Source: an uncultured Alphaproteobacteria bacterium
Lineage (GTDB): Bacteria; Pseudomonadota; Alphaproteobacteria; JAJTHO01; G963706365
Assembly: GCA_963706365.1 (NCBI GenBank)
Contig: OY970150.1
Location: 1,596,265-1,660,264 of the forward strand
Direction: 5' to 3'
Length of the DNA stretch: 64,000 nucleotides
The notes under the pieces were generated by a model. It saw nothing but the letters and a program-made list of their open reading frames with translations, ran no database searches and had not been told where the DNA came from. The translations under genes were made by a program, and so were the position numbers. Below, piece after piece: positions 1-11,100 of the stretch. Every line of letters starts with the position of its first letter. Within the stretch, counting starts at the first letter, position 1.

Positions 1-1052
1 TGCCGGTGCACCTGCGCCCTATGAATCGCGCGATGAATATGCGGAGGCCAGTGGCAGCAGGTAATGGCCTGCCTTGAACAAAAAATTTATCCGCGCGATA
101 TTGTGACACGCAAATCATTAGAAAATGCGGCCACTGTGGTGGCGGCCAGTGGTGGGTCAACCAATGCAGCCCTGCATTTGCCAGCCATTGCCCATGAAGG
201 CGGCATTGAATTTGATTTGCATGATGTGGCGGAAATTTTCCGTAAAACGCCTTATATTGCTGATCTAAAACCAGCCGGGAAATATGTAATGAAAGACATG
301 TTCGAAATTGGTGGCGTGCCGGTCTTGATGAAAGCCTTATACGACGGCGGTTTTATGCATGGTGATTGTTTGACGGTAACAGGCAAAACTATTGCTGAAA
401 ACCTGGAGGCAGTTACCTTGCCAACAGATCAGGATGTTATTTATCCAACCAGCAACCCTATTACCAAAACAGGTGGCGTGGTTGGCTTACGCGGCAATCT
501 GGCACCAGAAGGTGCTATTGTAAAAGTTGCAGGTTTGGAAACTTGCGTTTTGAAGGCGTTGCACGGGTTTTTGAATGCGAAGAAGATGCTTTTAGAGCCG
601 TAGAAAAACGCGACTATAAAGCAGGTGAAGTTTTGGTTATTCGCAATGAAGGGCCAAAAGGTGGCCCCGGTATGCGGGAAATGCTGGCCACCACCGCCGC
701 TATTTATGGCCAGGACATGGGCGATAAAGTTGCCTTGATTACAGATGGTCGCTTTAGCGGGGCAACACGTGGATTTTGTGTTGGCCATGTGGGGCCAGAA
801 GCTGTCGTGGGTGGCACCATTGGTTTGCTAAAAGATGGTGATAAAATTATTTTAGATGCAGAAAAAGGCGAACTTTCTGTTGATTTAAGTGATGCAGAAT
901 TGGCTGAACGACGCAAAAAATATCAACCGCCAAAGCCCAGTTTTGGTAGTGGCGCCATATGGCGATACGCCCAAAATGTTGGCACTGCAGAAAAAGGCGC
1001 GGTAACGCACCCGGGCGGTAAAGGGGAAATACGATGCTATAAAGATATATAA
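1..1052 (+). pseudogene. ilvD: Dihydroxy-acid dehydratase (IlvD/Edd family), 3' two-thirds only. It is cut at its 5' end by the window edge and interrupted by a frameshift near 541-552: ORF 64..603 (frame 1) and ORF 543..1052 (frame 0) together make a continuous IlvD C-terminal region.
   Basis: Frame 1 carries the IlvD motif ...[16 protein letters not shown]. Frame 0 carries [16 protein letters not shown]...[16 protein letters not shown]...[22 protein letters not shown], the conserved IlvD C-terminus. The two frames overlap at a gtttt run. Confidence 0.6.
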
Positions 1053-1100
1053 TGTCTGTTAATAGTTGAAATATAAGACAATTTATTATATAGTGCCGTC

Positions 1101-1925
1101 ATGATTACAAGAGTTAATACTTTTTTAATAATTGGTTTATCAGGCTTTTTTCTGTTAACAGGCTGTGCAATGCCGCATCAGGAAACATCCAGATATAAGA
1201 AAGAATTATTAGAAAAAGAGATCGTTGAAAAATCAGAGCAAACAGTTTGGTCTGAAGCAAAAGCTAAAAATAAGAAAAAATCGCAAGATACAGCACAAAA
1301 TACAAACGAGGAAACTGTGCCAACGCCGCCAAAAATTGTGCGTAAAGTATATATTCCAAAACCGGTTTCTGATAGTGAAAAACCAGTAGAAACTGTTGAA
1401 AAACCGTCCAAACAACCAACAATTTATGTGGAAGTGAATGACCAACGCATTCCAAAACCCTATGCTAACGCATTACCAAAACTTGTTATTTTATCAGGCA
1501 AGAAACCTTATCGACCCATGCTTGTTGGCCGCCCCTATAAAATTAAAGGTATTACCTATAGACCCAAGAAATATAAGCAATACGACAAAACAGGGGTTGC
1601 TTCGTGGTATGGTGGTAAATTTCATGGTCGCTTAACTGCCAATGGCGAAGTTTATGACAAACATTTGTTGACAGCGGCGCATAAAACATTGCCATTACCA
1701 AGCTATGTGCGGGTAACAGATATGAACACGGGGAAAAAACTGATTGTTCGTATCAATGATCGTGGGCCTTATAGTGATGGCCGTATTATTGATTTATCGC
1801 GTGGTGCAGCTGAACTTTTAGGTATTCGTGGCACAACTGGTTTGGCGAAAGTGCGCGTACAACTGGCCAGCAATCAGGAAATTGCCAAGGCGAAACAGCA
1901 GAAGCATTTGTATTATAATTATTAG
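1101..1925 (+). CDS. rlpA: Septal ring lytic transglycosylase RlpA family lipoprotein (double-psi beta-barrel domain)
   Basis: The N-terminus has a signal peptide and lipobox (LLTGC). The C-terminal RlpA domain reads GVASWYGGKFHGRLTANGEVYD...SYVRVTDMNTGKKLIVRINDRGPY. Confidence 0.8.
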   Translation: MITRVNTFLIIGLSGFFLLTGCAMPHQETSRYKKELLEKEIVEKSEQTVWSEAKAKNKKKSQDTAQNTNEETVPTPPKIVRKVYIPKPVSDSEKPVETVEKPSKQPTIYVEVNDQRIPKPYANALPKLVILSGKKPYRPMLVGRPYKIKGITYRPKKYKQYDKTGVASWYGGKFHGRLTANGEVYDKHLLTAAHKTLPLPSYVRVTDMNTGKKLIVRINDRGPYSDGRIIDLSRGAAELLGIRGTTGLAKVRVQLASNQEIAKAKQQKHLYYNY

Positions 1926-2019
1926 AGTACTTTGCTTTAACGAACGTTTATTAAGTATATTACGGCACCGCAACACAGCCAATCCTTGACCAGTGCCGTG
2001 CGGCCTTTCATAAAGCGGC

Positions 2020-4287
2020 ATGGATAATAAAAACCCCAATAATTCAGCTGTTACAGATCAAGAAGCCCTTGACCTGCATCAATTTCCCACGCCGGGAAAA
2101 ATTGAGATGGTTCCTTCTAAAAAGCTTACAACGGCAAGGGATTTGTCGCTGGCTTATTCCCCTGGTGTGGCTGTGCCTTGCTTACATATTCATAAAAACC
2201 CTGAAAAAGCCTATGACTATACAGCCAAGGGCAATATGGTTGCAGTTATATCTAACGGTACTGCCGTGCTGGGTTTGGGAAACTTGGGCGCTTTGGCGTC
2301 TAAACCGGTGATGGAAGGAAAATCAGTTTTATTCAAACGCTTTGCAGATGTAAATTCCATTGATTTAGAGGTTTCTACCGAAAATGTGGATGAATTTGTT
2401 AATTGTGTGCGTTATCTGGGTGCCAGTTTTGGTGGTATTAACCTGGAAGATATTAAGGCACCGGATTGTTTTTATATTGAACAACAATTGCAGGAAATGC
2501 TGGACATTCCTGTGTTTCATGATGACCAACATGGCACGGCGATTATTGTGCTGGCAGGTTTGCTAAATGCGCTAGACGTCACCAAGCAAGACATTGGCAA
2601 AGTTAAAGTGGTAATGAACGGGGCAGGGAGTGCCTCTATTGCCTGTGCTGATCTCATGGTTTCAGCCGGGCTTAAAAAAGAAAACCTGATTATTTGTGAT
2701 AGTAAAGGCGTTATCCATCAGGGTCGTTTGGAGGGCATGAACCCCTGGAAGGAAAAATTTGCCAATAAAACGGATAAGCGTACGCTGGCCGAAGCACTAG
2801 ACGGTGCAAATGTGTTTATGGGCTTGTCGGTAAAAGGTGCAGTAACTCAGGAAATGGTGAAAACTATGGCCAAGCGCCCGATTGTTTTTGCTATGGCTAA
2901 TCCTGATCCGGAAATAACACCGGAAGACGTTAAAGCCGTGCGACCTGACGCTATTACCGCAACAGGGCGCTCCGATTATCCCAACCAAATTAATAATGTG
3001 CTGGGTTTCCCCTATATTTTTCGCGGCGCTTTAGACGTTCGAGCCTCTAAAATTAATGAAGAAATGAAGATTGCCGCAGCAGAAGCAATTGCTGGCTTGG
3101 CACGCAAGCATGTGCCCGATGAAGTGCGCAATGCCTATGCCGGGCGAAAGTTGCAATATGGGCCGGAATATTTAATTCCGGTTCCATTTGACCCGCGCCT
3201 GATTAGCCATGTGCCGGTTGCCGTAGCAAAAGCAGCGGTAAAATCAGGGGTGGCCAGAACGGCTATGCCTAATGAGCGAGATTATAAACAACAACTTTCT
3301 GCCAGATTAGACCCCACTGTGACCAGTATGCAGGCGATCTTCCAGAGTGTGCAGGAAAACCCGAAACGCGTTATTTTTGCCGAAGGAGAAGAGGAAAAAA
3401 CCATTCGTGCGGCTATTGGTTTTAAACAAGCTGGCTATGGTGAGCCTATTTTAATTGAATCCGATGCTGGGCGTATTCAGGATTCTGCCACAGCATTAGG
3501 GCTGGATATTAGCGGTTTAGAAGTTCGCCGTGCTGCCAGTTGGCCACAAGCGCCTAAATATGCCGATGATTTGTATAAAAGATTGCAACGTAAAGGCCAT
3601 TTATTGCGGGATTGCCATCGCCGTATTCAACGCCAGCGTAATGTATTTGGTGCTGCAATGCTACAGCATGGTGATGCTGATGCGATGGTAACCGGTCTTA
3701 CCCGCAATTATACAAATACTTATAACGAGGTAAGTTGGGTGTTACAACCTAAGCCAAATTGCGAAGTTTTTGCAATGCTCATGATGGTTTCGCGTGGCAA
3801 GACGGTCTTTATTAGTGATACAGCAATTCATGATTTGCCCGATGCCAAAACATTGGCCAGCATTGCGAAACAATCAGCCGGTGCCGCCCGAAATATGGGA
3901 TTTACACCGCGCGTGGCCTTATTAAGTTTTTCAAATTTTGGTAACCCGATGCGCCCACATGCAGATAGAATCCGCGAGGCTGTGCAGGAACTGGATCAAC
4001 AAAAAGTTGATTTTGAATACGACGGTGAAATGACTGCCGATGTAGCACTGAATAAGGACTTATTAAAACTATATCCTTTTTGCCGTTTGTCAGACACTGC
4101 CAACGTGTTGATTATGCCTGCCTTGCACACCGCTCATGTTTCCAGCAAGCTGCTACAATCCTTAGGTGGCGGCACAATCATCGGGCCACTGCTAATGGGG
4201 CTGGAAGAGTCAGTGCAAATTGTACAAATGAGTGCTTCGGTCTCTGATATCGTCACCGCTGCATCTTTTGCAGCGTATCGGGTTTAA
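2020..4287 (+). CDS. maeB: NAD(P)-dependent malic enzyme, long form with a C-terminal phosphotransacetylase-like domain
   Basis: It is 755 aa. The N-terminal malic-enzyme domain shows YSPGVA and VISNGTAVLGLGNLG. The C-terminal half is PTA-like. Confidence 0.9.
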   Translation: MDNKNPNNSAVTDQEALDLHQFPTPGKIEMVPSKKLTTARDLSLAYSPGVAVPCLHIHKNPEKAYDYTAKGNMVAVISNGTAVLGLGNLGALASKPVMEGKSVLFKRFADVNSIDLEVSTENVDEFVNCVRYLGASFGGINLEDIKAPDCFYIEQQLQEMLDIPVFHDDQHGTAIIVLAGLLNALDVTKQDIGKVKVVMNGAGSASIACADLMVSAGLKKENLIICDSKGVIHQGRLEGMNPWKEKFANKTDKRTLAEALDGANVFMGLSVKGAVTQEMVKTMAKRPIVFAMANPDPEITPEDVKAVRPDAITATGRSDYPNQINNVLGFPYIFRGALDVRASKINEEMKIAAAEAIAGLARKHVPDEVRNAYAGRKLQYGPEYLIPVPFDPRLISHVPVAVAKAAVKSGVARTAMPNERDYKQQLSARLDPTVTSMQAIFQSVQENPKRVIFAEGEEEKTIRAAIGFKQAGYGEPILIESDAGRIQDSATALGLDISGLEVRRAASWPQAPKYADDLYKRLQRKGHLLRDCHRRIQRQRNVFGAAMLQHGDADAMVTGLTRNYTNTYNEVSWVLQPKPNCEVFAMLMMVSRGKTVFISDTAIHDLPDAKTLASIAKQSAGAARNMGFTPRVALLSFSNFGNPMRPHADRIREAVQELDQQKVDFEYDGEMTADVALNKDLLKLYPFCRLSDTANVLIMPALHTAHVSSKLLQSLGGGTIIGPLLMGLEESVQIVQMSASVSDIVTAASFAAYRV

Positions 4288-4377
4288 TTGTCGTAGTGAA
4301 TAATCTTTATTTTTAACAAACGTTTATTGTAAGGACGGGTCAATCAATACGTTTAAAATGACAAGTTGCTTTGGTTT

Positions 4378-4405
4378 ATACGTGGGTTTCCGCGCAAGCG
4401 CTAAA
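4378..4405. repeat. Copy of repeat family A (tacgtgggtttccgcg[c/t]aagc), one arm only, between the convergent 3' ends of maeB and purL
   Basis: tatacgtgggtttccgcgcaagcgct matches the copies near 17181 and 53575. It overlaps the purL stop codon. Confidence 0.6.
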
Positions 4406-6611
4406 GCGTATCAAAAAACGTTTGCTGGTTTGTAATTTCCAAAGTTGTATCATTTAAAATGAAATCTTTTTCTGTAACTCTTCCAATACGCACTGCATCA
4501 ACGGCGGTTATGCCTGCTTCGAGAATAAGTTGATCGGCATCATTGGTGGCTATAATATAAAGCCCCTGATCTTCACCAAACAGGTAAGAATCATTATCAT
4601 TCATATCAAGTTTCATCCCAACTGTAGTGGAGATATCCCTTGGCGCGGCGCGGGATGACAGTAGATTGGCGAATTTTATTAAATGCACTAATAGCCCACC
4701 GGTTGAAACATCATGACAGGCTTTGATGGTGCCTGCTAAAATTTGCTCTTTTACAAATAAGCCGGTACGTTTCTCTACAGGCAGGTTAACGGGGGGCGGG
4801 GCGTAAGTTTCTTTTGTATTTAAAATAAGTTGGCTATAGAGGCTTTGACCTAGCCAACCCTCTACGGTTCGTTGTCCAATCAAGACCAGTTCTTGGCCTA
4901 TGTTTTGAGGCGTTAACTTGTTCGGTGCTGCTTTTTTATAATCCTTAATTAAACCGACACCACCAATTACCGGGGTGGGTAAAATAGCCTGCCCCTCTGT
5001 TTCGTTATAAAGTGAAACATTGCCGGAAACGATAGGGAATTCTAAAATTTCGCAAGCTTCTGCCATTCCCTTAATGCATCCGACAATCTGCCCCATAATT
5101 TCTTTTTTTTCTGGGTTACCAAAATTCAGGTTATTGGTGCAGGCCAAAGGCGTTGCGCCGGTTGTAATAATATTACGCCAGGCTTCTGCCACCGCCTGCT
5201 TGCCGCCTTCAATTGGGTCAGCATAGCAATAGCGTGGGGTACAATCAGTGCACATCGCCAAAGCCTTTTGTGTATCATGTACCCGCACCAAGGCCGCATC
5301 GCCGCCGGAGCCACGTATTGTATTATTACCAACCATACTGTCGTATTGCTCTGCTATCCAGCTTTTAGAAGCAATGTTTGGGTGCGAGAGTAGTTTATTT
5401 AAAACATTTTGAATGTCGTCGTGGGATATCTCCGCTTCGGTCGGGATGACGGGAGGCGGGGAGGGGATTTTATAGTCTCTTTGATATTCCGGTGCTTTAT
5501 CAACTAGTGGCGGCACGGGCATATTGGCTACTTTCTTTCCAAAACGATGCAGTTCTAGGTGATTTGTATCCGTTACCTTGCCAATAACAGCAAAATCTAG
5601 TTCCCATTTCGTGAAAATCGCCTGGGCTTCCTCTTCGCGCCCTGGCTTTAGTACCATTAGCATACGTTCCTGACTTTCTGACAGCATAATTTCCTCAGCT
5701 GCCATATTCTCCTCACGTAGTGGCACAAGATCGAGATTTAATGCCACGCCTACTTCGCCTTTAGACGCCATTTCAACAGAAGAAGAGGTAAGGCCAGCTG
5801 CCCCCATATCCTGAATCGCAATTACTGCATCGGTGGCCATTAATTCTAGACAGGCTTCTAATAAAAGTTTTTCTGTAAAAGGATCACCTACTTGTACAGT
5901 AGGGCGTTTTTCTTCAGAATCTTCGGAAAATTCTGCTGAGGCCATGGTGGCACCATGAATGCCGTCGCGCCCGGTTTTGGCGCCAACGTATACAATCGGG
6001 TTGCCAACTCCTGCCGCCTTGGCATAAAATATTTTGTCGGCATCCGCCACGCCAACGGTCATGGCGTTGACCAAAATATTACCGTTATAAGCCTTATCAA
6101 ATTCGCATTCCCCGCCAACAGTGGGAATGCCCATACAATTTCCATAGCCACCAATACCGGCCACCACACCCGTAATTAGATGGCGGGTTTTTGGATGATC
6201 TGGTTCACCAAAACGTAAGGCATTCAAATTAGCCACAGGCCTGGCGCCCATGGTGAAAACATCACGCATAATGCCGCCAACACCGGTGGCCGCGCCTTGA
6301 AAAGGTTCAATAAATGAAGGGTGGTTGTGGCTTTCTATTTTGAAAACAGCCGCTTGATTATCGCCAATGTCAATAACCCCTGCATTTTCCCCTGGCCCCT
6401 GAATAACGCATTCCCCTGTGGTAGGCAGTGTTTTCAACCAGTATTTAGAAGATTTATAAGAGCAATGCTCACTCCACATTACCGAGAAAATACTTAATTC
6501 GACCAGATTAGGATCGCGCCCTTCATGCTTTTGCATAATTTCGCAGGCAAGATTGTATTCTTCTTCATTCATGCCAAAGGATTGCGCTAGTTCTAGGGAG
6601 ATTGCTGTCAT
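4401..6611 (-). CDS. purL: Phosphoribosylformylglycinamidine synthase subunit PurL (FGAM synthase II)
   Basis: It is 736 aa and reads [19 protein letters not shown]...[17 protein letters not shown]. The AIR-synthase-like domains are present. Confidence 0.92.
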   Translation of the reverse strand: MTAISLELAQSFGMNEEEYNLACEIMQKHEGRDPNLVELSIFSVMWSEHCSYKSSKYWLKTLPTTGECVIQGPGENAGVIDIGDNQAAVFKIESHNHPSFIEPFQGAATGVGGIMRDVFTMGARPVANLNALRFGEPDHPKTRHLITGVVAGIGGYGNCMGIPTVGGECEFDKAYNGNILVNAMTVGVADADKIFYAKAAGVGNPIVYVGAKTGRDGIHGATMASAEFSEDSEEKRPTVQVGDPFTEKLLLEACLELMATDAVIAIQDMGAAGLTSSSVEMASKGEVGVALNLDLVPLREENMAAEEIMLSESQERMLMVLKPGREEEAQAIFTKWELDFAVIGKVTDTNHLELHRFGKKVANMPVPPLVDKAPEYQRDYKIPSPPPVIPTEAEISHDDIQNVLNKLLSHPNIASKSWIAEQYDSMVGNNTIRGSGGDAALVRVHDTQKALAMCTDCTPRYCYADPIEGGKQAVAEAWRNIITTGATPLACTNNLNFGNPEKKEIMGQIVGCIKGMAEACEILEFPIVSGNVSLYNETEGQAILPTPVIGGVGLIKDYKKAAPNKLTPQNIGQELVLIGQRTVEGWLGQSLYSQLILNTKETYAPPPVNLPVEKRTGLFVKEQILAGTIKACHDVSTGGLLVHLIKFANLLSSRAAPRDISTTVGMKLDMNDNDSYLFGEDQGLYIIATNDADQLILEAGITAVDAVRIGRVTEKDFILNDTTLEITNQQTFFDTL

Positions 6612-6654
6612 GCCGCATACATAATGGATGGGCGGTTATACTGCAAAAGGAAAT

Positions 6655-6700
6655 TAAGAACCAGTCAACTTAGAGCTTACCCCAAAACCCACGTAAGTTC
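6655..6700. repeat. Degenerate repeat copy: family B half-site (aagaaccagtcaact) followed by a family A left-arm-type sequence (agagcttaccccaaaacccacgtaagttc)
   Basis: It matches the left arm of the composite element near 53438-53470 (agagcttacaccaaaatccacgcgcaagttgaa). It lies between the purL start and the stop of the VirB6-like gene. Confidence 0.5.
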
Positions 6701-8139
6701 TAAGCCTTAGATTTACCCGCCCCTGAACTTTTTAAAGCGGATGTTAAGCGTTGGTTATACTGTTTTCTATTAGAAAAGTTTTTCGCTAAGGCGTTGCCCG
6801 CTGCTCCGCCTGTTAAACCATAAGCCGTGCTGGCGATAGTGCCGAACATTTTACTACCCAGCTCAGGAATTTTCAAAGTGTTTGACATGGATAGTGCGCG
6901 ACTGGTTAAGGCCGGTACACCGTCGACCATCGCCTTGCCGAACAGCCCAATTGTTAGCATATAAATTAGTAATTTACTGGCTAAACCTTTGGTAACAATT
7001 TCCTTGCTTTCGTAAACGTTTGCCACGCTGCCATAATCACTGTCGTTAATAACAAACACGATTAAAGCAAAAATGATAGAGACAGCGGCTGCCAAAATAA
7101 CCAGGGTGAAAGCAGAGTGAAAAAGCACTTTTAAGCCAGCGGTGGCAATATTACGGCTGACGGGGAACAGGAAGGCCACCAGCATTACGGGCGCTAAAAT
7201 TGTAATAATCGTCCATTTAAAAACCACATCAATAATGCGAAACGGTATAGCGATCATGATAGAGCCAAAAAAGTACATCATGGCCAAGGATACGGGTAAT
7301 AGAATAGGTCGCTTGGCTTCTTGGGAGCTTTGTTTTTTAAACTGATCCCACGAGTTTTGACTGGCATTACCCTGGCCACCATTATTTTTACCGGTAAATA
7401 AATCAATGCCCATTTTAAGGCCTATGCCAAGAGTTTTGGCGGTCATTTCAACGGTACATTCCAGCTGCGCTATTGCCAGGCTTTCATCAATAGGGTCAGT
7501 ATTGCCAGGATCAGACTGTTTTAATTCTCCGCTGGCTGTTATAAATTGTTCACCACAGGTAATGTCTGCTAGGTCAGGGTCATCTACTAAAGAAGCTGCC
7601 GCTGTCACCATTAATTGTGCTACTCCGGTGCCAGCAGTGGCCACAGATTCATGGATTTTCCATACAATATCCGGGCTGCGGATTAGCAATGCGACAATCA
7701 TTGCCAGTAAAATACGCATCACTATATCATTTAAAACTTTACTGCTGTTGCCCTCCATCGGCCCAAAGGCTGTTAATAGTTTACCGACCTGAAAAAGTAG
7801 CCAGATTACAAGGAAAACAGCCATAAACTCCATTAAATCTTTTTGAAGAATAGCAGATATTGTACGTGCTGATTTTCTGCTTTCCATCGCAATTTCTACC
7901 AAAGATTTCATCCAGGCGCCTTGCACCCAATCTTCTTTTTGTTCAATAACGTAGGCTGTTGCTTTGCGAGCAGGATCTTCTTCTTGCCCAACTATATTTG
8001 CCGGGGCATCCTCTTCCAGCCGGTTAAGAATTCGTTCTCTTTCCAGAAAAATCAGTTCGCCTTCGGCATTACGAGAAACATTATTTTGTGCATGGGCGGT
8101 GCTGAAACAGAATAAAATTAAAAGAAAAAGGATGCGCAT
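6700..8139 (-). CDS. VirB6/TrbL-like polytopic inner-membrane protein (short paralog) with a signal peptide
   Basis: It has a signal peptide (MRILFLLILFCFSTAHAQ) and several TM helices. The block RIIDVVFKWTIITILAPVMLVAF is paralogous to IDALIKWTVISILTPVLAG in the upstream 1365-aa gene. Its start is coupled to the upstream stop (TAATG). Confidence 0.5.
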   Translation of the reverse strand: MRILFLLILFCFSTAHAQNNVSRNAEGELIFLERERILNRLEEDAPANIVGQEEDPARKATAYVIEQKEDWVQGAWMKSLVEIAMESRKSARTISAILQKDLMEFMAVFLVIWLLFQVGKLLTAFGPMEGNSSKVLNDIVMRILLAMIVALLIRSPDIVWKIHESVATAGTGVAQLMVTAAASLVDDPDLADITCGEQFITASGELKQSDPGNTDPIDESLAIAQLECTVEMTAKTLGIGLKMGIDLFTGKNNGGQGNASQNSWDQFKKQSSQEAKRPILLPVSLAMMYFFGSIMIAIPFRIIDVVFKWTIITILAPVMLVAFLFPVSRNIATAGLKVLFHSAFTLVILAAAVSIIFALIVFVINDSDYGSVANVYESKEIVTKGLASKLLIYMLTIGLFGKAMVDGVPALTSRALSMSNTLKIPELGSKMFGTIASTAYGLTGGAAGNALAKNFSNRKQYNQRLTSALKSSGAGKSKA

Positions 8140-11100
8140 TAGCTATCTGATCCTCGGCTAGTGCTGCCTGCCATGGCCGGTTGTTTCGTGCCGGCTGTGG
8201 CGGTTGGTTTGCCAGCGGCAATTCTGTCAGATAAACTTTTGGCCAGGTTAGAATCAGATTTAGTATTGTCTAAGATATCTGTTTTGGCGCGGCGGCTGAA
8301 TGGTACAATATCATTGCGGGCATCTTGCATGTCATCAAAAATAGAACCTCTTTTGACTAAATTACCGGCATCTGCATCGGTGTTTTGTGGTTTCGGGCGT
8401 TCTGCTGTGATGCTGTCCAAGGCCATTTCGCGCTTTTCTGCTTCGCTATAGGCATTAAAGCTGTTGCGGTCTGCTGCGGTGGCGGTGGTTTTTTCCCATT
8501 CCTGTTTTTTAAATACATCGCCTGCGGCATGTCTTGCCCGGTTAGCATGAGCAGCTATATTATCAATTCTTGTGTTGGTGCCGCTGGTGGCTTGTAGGGA
8601 ATCTTTATAGTTATCAGAGACACTTTTCATTTGTGCTTTAATGGCTTGTTTATTGCTGCCAGCAACGCTGCTCATCCCGGCAATGCTTGCCACACCGGCA
8701 GCGGCCAATAAACCAGCGTTAATAGACTGTGTCTGACGATCTTCGCCCACAACATTCATATATTTTTCAACCGCTCTATCCATCTCGGCTTTATATTCTT
8801 TAACACTGCGTATCTCGCTTACATTGGCACTGGCCATGGCTTCAATACGGTCTTTCATGTAATCGTGTCTGCCTGTTGTGTCCTGTGTGCCAGCAACGGT
8901 TGTCGCCATTTTCATACTCGTGGCCTGAATTAAGGCAATATGCGCATTTTTCTCTAGTTCACGTTTTTCTTTACCACTCACAGCACCGCTTTGCAGATGG
9001 TCATTAAATTTATTTAAGCGGTCAATCAATTGATCTACATTTTGGTCATCATCGGCCAGTTGTGCAAGACGGTCTACTTGCTCTTTTTGTGTGGTGGCGG
9101 TGGGTTGGCCTGCGCGTCGCTGGGCATCAGCCATCAAGTTTAAACTTGCGTTCACGGCCTGGCGGCCAACACTTTTTCCTTTTAGAGCCTCGGTGAAATT
9201 ATCCATACCAATTTCACTGCCTAAACCGGCTCCTTCTAGAATATTGTTAGCTACATTCAGGCTTATTAAACCTGTTAATTTGGCGCCTCCCCAAGCAACC
9301 TTACCAGGTGTCACAGACGCAGCAACACTGCCAGGTATTCTTGACAGGCCTTTACCCATGGCACCAAAATATTCTTTGGTGCTGCCTACTTTATCAGCGG
9401 CAAAGGATCCCACCATAATGGCCGCCCCTAACGAAGTATTGATTGCAAATTCAACCACATTAAAGTTCTCAGCGGCATCAAACATATCATTAATCGCCTG
9501 TTTTGCTTCTTCAATTTGTTCCTGCACACGTTCTTGTAGATTGCTGATTTCTTCTTGTTTCTCTTCTTCTGTTACTTCGTTTTGTTGCAGTTCTTGTTCT
9601 TGCAATGCAATGTTTTGCTCGGTCATCTCGTCGATTTGACGATCTGCTTGTTTTAGTTCCTTAGAGGATATTTCGTCTAAAAGCTCATCATTAATTTCAC
9701 CGGCTTCTGCTATGGCTTCGGCATGTTCTGCATCAATTTCATTACCAGCCTGAACGGCATTAATGTTACCACCTGCCAAGGCTGCAACTGTTCCCATGCC
9801 CATACCTGCCATGGCTAGTGTCATAGTTTCTAATAATTCAGCTGCTTCTTCAGGATTTTCTTGCATGGCACGTGCTTGTTCTGCGGTAATACCCATTCCA
9901 GAAAGCTCGAAATCTTGCATAAAGCCATAGCCTTCTTCATAGCGGGGGCCATAACCGGCCGCCGTATCCTCCGTTCGGGGAATAGGTGCCGTAGTGTTGC
10001 CATAAGTTGCATTTTTATCGATGCCTAAGGCATTCGCCATTCCTTCCGGTAGCATAGACTGTGCAAATGGCGTTGCCACCCCGGCAACTGCGCCGCCGCC
10101 CTGTTTTAAGCCACTACCCAATAGCCCCGCCATAGAACCAAAAATCGCCATACCAATACCGCCCAAGGCAGGAGAGCCTAGAATAGTAGAGGTCATCGGG
10201 GCAATGTTTTTCATGGAATGTTTAGAAATTAAACCTGTTGCAAACAACAACCACCAGTCAACATTAGCCATAGAAACAGGCGGTGTTTTTTCTGGGGAGC
10301 CTGCACCGGCAACGCCAACCGCGCCTTCGGCTTGGTTGTAGACGATATCTGTCGGGTTTATTAGGCCGCCATTTAACCGAATCTCAAGGTGCATATGGGG
10401 GCCTGTTCCTATGCCGGTATTCCCAATTAAACCGACAACCGCACCGGCCCCTACTGTTTGACCGGCCGATGATAGTATTTTACTAAGGTGACAATACTTT
10501 GTTTCATACCCATCCTGATGGTCAATTTTAACCATATTACCACATCCACCCCCTACATTTTCAGCTACAAGAATCACTCCGGGTTTCATTGATAATTGTT
10601 TAGCACCAGCATCACAGCCTATATCAATACCGCCGTGGCGTCTGGTGCAATAAGAACGACACGCGCCCCATTTCTGTCCGCCATGCGTTCCGGGGGTACA
10701 CATTGTTTTATAATCATTCGCATCAATAGGAAATGTCCAGCCTGACCCCATAGGAAGTTCGTTTATAAGAGTTCCTGATTCACTACCATCAGCTTGTAAT
10801 AGTGTATCATAATATTCTAGCGTCTCTTTACGGGCATGCGTATATTCATCGACAGCGCCGCTGGCCGCGTAATCCTCGTAAATAGGTAATGCTGCAACAG
10901 GCTCATTCGGGTTAGAAATAGCCGGATCAACGCCATCTTCCACACCGTCTTCCGGTGTTCCATTCTCAGCGGCTTCGGCAGCTTCCGCATTTTCAATTTG
11001 TTCTTTAACGACCTCGGGAAAGGCATTAAACGCACCGGCCAGGGCAGATTCTGCGGTAGTTAAACGAATAACCGCATAGTGCACCATATGGCTTAGCAAT

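Noticed and set aside
441-916. Antisense ORFs 441..788 and 704..916 inside ilvD
   Set aside because: They are shadow ORFs on the strand opposite a well-conserved coding region. They have no motifs and show low-complexity Gly/Pro translation.
1178-1635. Four small ORFs on both strands inside or overlapping rlpA (1178..1411, 1233..1445, 1264..1455, 1438..1635)
   Set aside because: They overlap the conserved rlpA frame and have hydrophobic, low-complexity translations typical of spurious frames.
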